NCBI GenBank assembly: GCA_019358935.1 | Contig: JAHHIK010000158.1 | Span: 1 to 13,916, forward strand | Source: Tolypothrix carrinoi HA7290-LM1 | Lineage (GTDB): Bacteria > Cyanobacteriota > Cyanobacteriia > Cyanobacteriales > Nostocaceae | Direction of reading: 5' to 3' | DNA: 13,916 nucleotides | Shown here: positions 9,039-13,916 of the stretch, one piece after another | Position numbering within the stretch: the stretch's first letter is position 1 | Layout: the number at the start of each line of letters is the position of its first letter | Translations under genes and position numbers: made by a program | The notes under the pieces: model-generated | Database searches by the model: none | Told to the model about the DNA's origin: nothing | Seen by the model: the letters and a program-made list of their open reading frames with translations, nothing else

Positions 9039-10109
9039 CTATTTAATTGATGTGCTGATAACTTCTGCAAATAGCTTATAATAGCGTTTGGCTTGCAGTT
9101 CTAAAGAGAATTCTTGTTCGACTTTTTCACGAGCGCGTTGTTGCAAAGATAAAGAGCGATCGCTATCTGACAGCACCCAGTCGATACCAGCAGCCAAACT
9201 TTCCACATCAATTGGTTTAGCCAAATAACCGTTGCGCTGATGTTCAATCATATCAGGCATTCCGCCAATATCAAAGCCGACGCAGGGAGTACCGCAAGCT
9301 AGCGCTTCCATCACAGTATTCGGCAAATTATCTTGAGTTGAAGGTGCGACAAAAACATCCGCAGCACCATAAATTAGTGCTAAAGAGACATCATCATTGA
9401 AGTTTCCCAAGTAGTGACACTTAAAGCCGAAGTTGCTTTGCTCCGTTGGTTGAGAAGCACCAAATACAACTAATTCTAGATTGTCTTTTTGTCCAGTTTG
9501 ACTTAAGTTTTGTAAAGCTGATTTTAGTAAGTGAAACCCTTTTCTTGGCTGAGTAGTTGACGCAGCACCAAAGAGAATTAATTGCTTATCTTGAGGAAGA
9601 TTCAGCCATTCTCTTGCTAGAGAACGGTTAATTGGTTTGTACCTTTGAATATCAATACCGTTGGGGATGACTTCTACGCGATAGTTTTGCAATAAAGAAC
9701 TTTTGCGAACACACTCAGCTAACCATTTACTCGGTGTGACAATTGTCAAGTTGAGATGCTTCCATGCTTTAGCTTTGCGTTCCCACACCCACCGGGATAA
9801 ATCCTGCTCTTTTTGAGAGTGAAGTTGAATACATGCACCACAAGAATTGAGATAGCGATCGCACTCTAAACTATAATGGCAACCTCCGGTAAAAGTCCAC
9901 ATATCATGAAGAGTCCAAATCAACGGTTTAGCAAATTTTGCCATACTCTCAATTTGAACGTAACCACAAATCCAATGAATATTAATAAGATCTGGAGATA
10001 ATTGCTTTATCTTTGACTGAATTAGATCGGGAAACCATTGTGGCGAAAAAGTAGCATAATTATGTTTAGGATAAAAAGCAAGTGGTAAGTTATCTAAAGT
10101 GGGTCGCAT
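9039..10109 (-). pseudogene. GT4 glycosyltransferase (WcaC-like) lacking its native N-terminus; 3' half of a chimera
   Basis: NIHW, WTLHDMWTFTGGCHY, IPNGID, RKG, DNLPNTVMEALACGTP. The N-terminal strand and GGA loop typical of the family are absent. Confidence 0.8.
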
Positions 10110-10622
10110 TTGAAAAAGTTTGCCTTGTTTGCCGACGCACCATTGTTTGGTAAAGATTGGTTTTTTTAAGTAGATACTTTTCAGTGCGATCGCTCCAAAA
10201 ACAGGACTGAGTATAATCAACAATACAAAGGCAATAATCCAATCGAGCGATCGCTTCACCAACCAAAGAATCGGGTGACGATATTCTGGTAGTTCCCGGT
10301 TTCGCGGTATCCACAAAAATATCTTTTTGTCAAAACGTTTGCAAAGCTTTGCCCATGTTTTCAGTTTACACTCACCAAAAACTGGATCTATCCGAACCAA
10401 ACGTGCGCGACAATATTACAACCACTCAGCTAAAAACTGTTCGTTTCGAGAAGACAGCAGATGAATTTCTTCAGCTATATTTGCTTGCCTAACTAACAGT
10501 TGCCCAAGTCGCAGTTTGATTTTGTAACTCGGATAAATTTGTCCTGAATGCTTAGAAGCATATTCTTTGGAACTACTAACTTGGCAATCCCAATTGACCG
10601 ATTCTAAAAGTTTTTCCTTCAC
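10110..10622 (-). pseudogene. HepC-like sugar transferase 5' part, with an internal TAA (10416-10418) and truncated catalytic domain
   Basis: One frame: RLGQLLV...EQFLAEWL*YCRARLVRIDP...W...IFL...KRSLDWIIA-TM-SP...PIFTKQWCVGKQGKLF. The KFRTM-type motif and the rest of the bacterial sugar transferase domain are missing. Confidence 0.75.
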
Positions 10623-10726
10623 AGTGTGTATAGTTAAGTACCATGTATTAAAAAACGTTTGACTGGTGGAAATTAGCCATAATTTGGTGTGTAAGGGTGT
10701 AGGTGTGTTGACATCCCGTTTAAAAA

Positions 10727-10895
10727 TAGGACTTACACAAAATCCCTCTCGCTCTTCTCATTCCTCTGTGTTCTCTGTGTTCTCTGTGGTAGCCTTCTCT
10801 TCTCCTTCACCAGACGCCAAGGGCGAACGAGAGGCACGCGGCTACGGCAACTTTGCCTTGGGCGAACGTTTTCCGTTATTCTTGCGTAAGTCCTA
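10727..10895 (-). mobile_element. 169-bp MITE-like element with 14-bp terminal inverted repeats
   Basis: TAGGACTTACACAA (10727-10740) / TTGCGTAAGTCCTA (10882-10895), 1 mismatch. Internal 9-mer repeat TCTCTGTGT and nested small repeats. Confidence 0.8.
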
Positions 10896-10918
10896 AAAAA
10901 GTAAAAAGTAAAAAGTAA
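10896..10918 (+). repeat. AAAAAGT heptamer x3
   Basis: Directly visible tandem repeat beside the MITE end. Confidence 0.7.
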
Positions 10919-11069
10919 TGCATAGAATCCCCAGAAATTGCACTCGTCGGGGAAATAACTGCGGACTTCTGGTGACAAAAATGCCTGCTTTTAGGTGAAA
11001 GCAAAGATATCAGCGCACACATTCAAAAAATTCCGGCTCCGGAGTGGACAAATTTATATCTTGCACAAG

Positions 11070-11100
11070 CGCGATTAAAATCGCGGCTACCCAGACAAAA
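11070..11100. repeat. REP-like hairpin remnant
   Basis: CGCGATT-AA-AATCGCG followed by GCTAC (GTAGC on the minus strand), like GTAG-type REP hairpins. Confidence 0.4.
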
Positions 11101-11547
11101 CCTTGATTTTTCTATCGGTTAAAAAATAATAAGTTTATATATACGAATAAGTCAACTGTTGTTCCGTAAATTTTCGCTCTTCTTTACAATATCTTTAATT
11201 TTGTCAGATAATCCAGATGGTTATTCTAGTTATTTGACTGATAATTTGTGTATAAAAATAATTAAATAAAGTTGTAATTACTACTTGTAATTATTAAGTT
11301 AATTTTTCCTTAATTATTCATGTGTCTGCTAAGAGGTGTTAATAATTCAGTAGCGATCGCCTAACCTAACAATATCTGGTTGTCAATATACGTATTGAAT
11401 TTTATACTTTATTCTTTCCAGAAAATATAGATTGCGACATATTACAAATAACTAAATATTTATTTGCGAAAAATATTCAATTTATATGTATAAAAAATCA
11501 TATTACAACTCAAAGATAATTAACTAGCAATCAGACCTCGATATATA

Positions 11548-11713
11548 CAGGAATGAGCGCACTCGTTATGAAAAAACGAACCGCGTTCGCCCTTGGCGTC
11601 TCCGTTCGCGTAGCGTCTGGTGAAGGAGAAGGAGAAGGACGCAAAGAACACGTTCGCGCTTCGCGTCTCGAAGAGAAGGAAGAAGGATGATAGAGATTTT
11701 TACGTAAGTCCTA
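11548..11713 (+). mobile_element. 166-bp MITE-like element with asymmetric ends and three nested small repeats
   Basis: Left end CAGGAATGAGCGCA, right end CGTAAGTCCTA. Shares 18- and 19-bp exact blocks with the reverse complement of 10727-10895. Confidence 0.75.
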
Positions 11714-12345
11714 ATATACTCAACCATATTGATATTCAATGAAAATTGAAAATAATTTTGGTAAAGGATAGCTGTCCGCAAATTATCGATGATTTTGCCA
11801 AAAGATATCCAAAGACGTTTATAGGTATTAAAGGTGAGCAAAACTTGGGGTTTGGTAAAGCTAACAATAAAGCAGTAGCAGCTTCACCAAGCAAAATATA
11901 TGTTTTAGTTAATCCTGACGTGACATTTAAACCTGAGGTAATTACTCAATTATCGGCAACTTTGAACTCAGCTAAAGATATTGCGACCGCTTGTCCAAAA
12001 CTAGTTTACCTTGATAGGTCAGTTCAACCCTCAATTCGCAGATTTCCCACTTTTACCTACTTCTTACTCAAGTATTTATTGGGCACAAATCTGCAAAGTT
12101 TATTGTATCCCTTTGATTACTACTATGCTCAAATGCCTGCACCGGAGAAAGTTGTAGAAATCAACTGGGCAATAGGAGCATTTATGGCGGTATCGGGAGA
12201 GTATGTAGCGCAGTATAATTTGTTTGATGAACGGTTTTTCTTATATTTTGAAGATGTGAGTTTGTGTGTAGATGCATGGCAAAATGGGTATAGAGTTTTA
12301 TTTGAACCCCAAGCTACTGCACTACATTTGTACCAGCGGGTTTGA
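11714..12345 (+). pseudogene. GT2 glycosyltransferase (rhamnosyltransferase-like), truncated at both ends
   Basis: NLGFGKANN, LVNPD, WAIGAFM, FDERFFLYFEDV. The first beta-strand is missing (MITE upstream, in-frame TGA at 11740-11742). Ends abruptly at HLYQRV*. Confidence 0.8.
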
Positions 12346-13435
12346 AAACAAACGTTTTCATAAAGTAGCTGAACGCTTCGCAAAAGCTTGGCTGAAAGCT
12401 TCCGCAATTAGTGGAATTGTCCAACCATTTGTTGAGGCAGTTGCCACGACAATTTTAATTGCGATGATTCTGCTGGCAGTCTCGACTCTTGTATCTAATG
12501 GCAGCCTGCATGTAATCTCATTATTAGCTTTTTTGTTCGCGCTGTTCCGCTTGCTGCCAATTATTGCTCACATGAATAGTTCTTGGGGGATAATTGCCAT
12601 GCATTATGGGTCGGTGAAAAATGTCCACGAGATGTTGCGGACTGATGACAAGATTTATTTGAGGGATGGAGAAGCGAAATTTTCTACTTTAAAAGAGGCG
12701 ATCGCCTTCGTTGATGTAGACTTTGGCTATGACGATAAATTAGTATTACAAAATATTACGCTGACAATCGAACGCGGTCAGATGGTAGCATTGGTGGGAG
12801 CTTCTGGTTCAGGTAAGACAACTATGGCAGACTTGCTGGTGCGCTTTTACGATCCTACCGCTGGTAAGATTTTGATTGATAAAGTTGACTTGCGGCAATA
12901 TCAGCTAGCTTCACTGCGTTCTCAACTTGCGGTGGTGAGTCAAGATACTTTTATTTTTAACACCTCTGTTCGCGATAACATTGCTTATGGGTTAGAAAAT
13001 GTGGACGACGCAGCAATTGAAGAAGCAGCTAGACTTGCCAATGCTTTGGAATTTATTTTAGACATGCCGGAAAAATTTGCGACTCAATTAGGCGATCGCG
13101 GAGTGCGTTTATCTGGTGGTCAACGTCAGCGAATTGCGATCGCAAGAGCGCTACTACGCAACCCAGAAATTTTGATTCTTGATGAAGCAACCAGCGCTCT
13201 TGACTCAGTTTCCGAACGCTTAGTTCAGCAGTCTTTAGAAAAATTAGCAGTTGGACGAACAGTGATTGCGATCGCTCATCGACTATCCACCATTTTTCGC
13301 GCAGATAAAATCGTCGTACTTGAACAAGGTCGCATTGTCGAACAAGGAGGATATCAAGAATTACTAACACAACGTGGAAAGTTCTGGCAATATCACCAGA
13401 TGCAGCATCAATTAGGGCAAGTAAACTCTAATTAA
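12341..13435 (+). pseudogene. HepA/MsbA-like ABC exporter, 3' portion only
   Basis: Walker A GASGSGKT, Q-loop VSQD, LSGGQRQR, ILILDEATSALD, IAHRL. Only about two TM helices precede the NBD, and ORF-track residues before FENKRF are GT2 DNA read out of frame. Confidence 0.8.
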
Positions 13436-13563
13436 AAAGATTCGCTCTATATCCTCTGCTGTGATTATTATGATTAGATGATAATTCATTGCAATTAACT
13501 CATTATTTTCTTGGCATAATAATTTATAAGTCAAGTCTCAAAAACACTTCGTAATGCAAACTG

Positions 13564-13687
13564 ATATCATGTCCGGGCAATCACCCATAATTCATGAAGA
13601 ACCCCTCCCCAACCCTCCCCGCTTGCGGGGAGGGTGCCACAGGCGGGTGGGGTTCTTTTATTATGGTTATTTATTAGGACATGATAT
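13564..13687. mobile_element. 124-bp MITE with terminal inverted repeats and internal GC hairpin
   Basis: ATATCATGTCC (13564-13574) / GGACATGATAT (13677-13687), perfect, extending imperfectly to CCATAAT/ATTATGG. Internal CCCTCCCCGC-TT-GCGGGGAGGG. Confidence 0.85.
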
Positions 13688-13692
13688 GACTT

Positions 13693-13791
13693 ATGAATAC
13701 TGCTGTTGCTCTGATAATATTTAACCGCACAGACACCACCAAAAAAGTGTTGCAAGCGCTGCGACAAGTTAAACCAGCCAAGCTGCTAGTA
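13693..13791 (+). pseudogene. N-terminal 33 codons of a GT-A/nucleotide-diphospho-sugar transferase-like gene, interrupted
   Basis: MNTAVALIIFNRTDTTKKVLQALRQVKPAKLLV fits the 'P-V-x-x-x-x-FNRP-x-x-T...KP-x-KL-x-V-x-ADGPR' family start. The expected ADG motif is replaced by unrelated sequence. Not in the ORF track. Confidence 0.65.
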
Positions 13792-13916
13792 AGGGACTTC
13801 CAAGGAATTAAATCACCAAATTCAATAATGATAATCATTGTTACGGGGGGTGGGGGAAGGAGAAGCAGCCAACGCAATACGGTTCGGTTAAGGAGGTTAT
13901 CTGTTGGGGCAAGCGT
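13792..13916. mobile_element. Probable inserted repeat/MITE sequence running off the window end
   Basis: Coding similarity stops at GTA|AGGGACTTCCAAG. This and CAATACGGTTCGGTTAAG (13875-13892) resemble Nostocales repeat termini from memory. The partner ends are not visible. Confidence 0.4.

Noticed and set aside
8294..10418. Stop-codon reassignment or programmed read-through of the two internal TAA codons
   Set aside because: TAA terminates dnaK, the kinase and the GT2 normally, and other lesion types nearby point to decay.
12272..12340. ATG 12272 as true ABC start, or a programmed frameshift from GT2 into the ABC frame
   Set aside because: These codons are GT2 sequence in another frame, the TMD is incomplete and no clear slippery site with a stimulator is visible.
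10100..12350. HIP1-mediated or xis-type programmed rearrangement at the junctions
   Set aside because: The nearest HIP1 sites (10186, 12698) are not at the breakpoints, there is no recombinase gene, and the joins break genes rather than restore them.
5612..13877. ORFs 5612-6076, 5619-5834, 7677-7913, 7768-7956, 10666-10896, 10733-10978, 11566-11841, 13567-13767, 13674-13877
   Set aside because: They run across GC-rich repeat elements or antisense to real genes, and have no protein motifs.

Overview
Heterocystous-cyanobacterium-like DNA (Nostocales-type; I count 16 HIP1 GCGATCGC octamers plus STRR heptamer tracts). The left half is mostly intact: a probable IS200/IS605 tnpA 3' end, a kinase-fold gene, dnaK, an acetoacetate-decarboxylase-family gene and rnz. 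The right half is a divergently arranged polysaccharide (Hep/EPS-like) locus in decay. It has two intact-looking glycosyltransferases, a Wzy-like gene with an internal TAA, a hepC-like gene with an internal TAA that is fused in frame to an N-terminally truncated GT4, a doubly truncated GT2 joined to the 3' part of a HepA/MsbA-like ABC exporter, and a final GT interrupted after 33 codons. The intergenic DNA is full of nested tiny mobile repeats. Most notable are three elements of exactly 45 bp that insert without target duplication directly before CCC, a second 24-27 bp family inserting before AAG, and MITE-like carriers. Several genes take their stop codons from these repeats. I see no clear new protein-coding system. 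The best leads are the chimeric junctions (possible inversion plus deletions) and the insertion rules of the nested elements. All family assignments are from motif recognition, not database searches.
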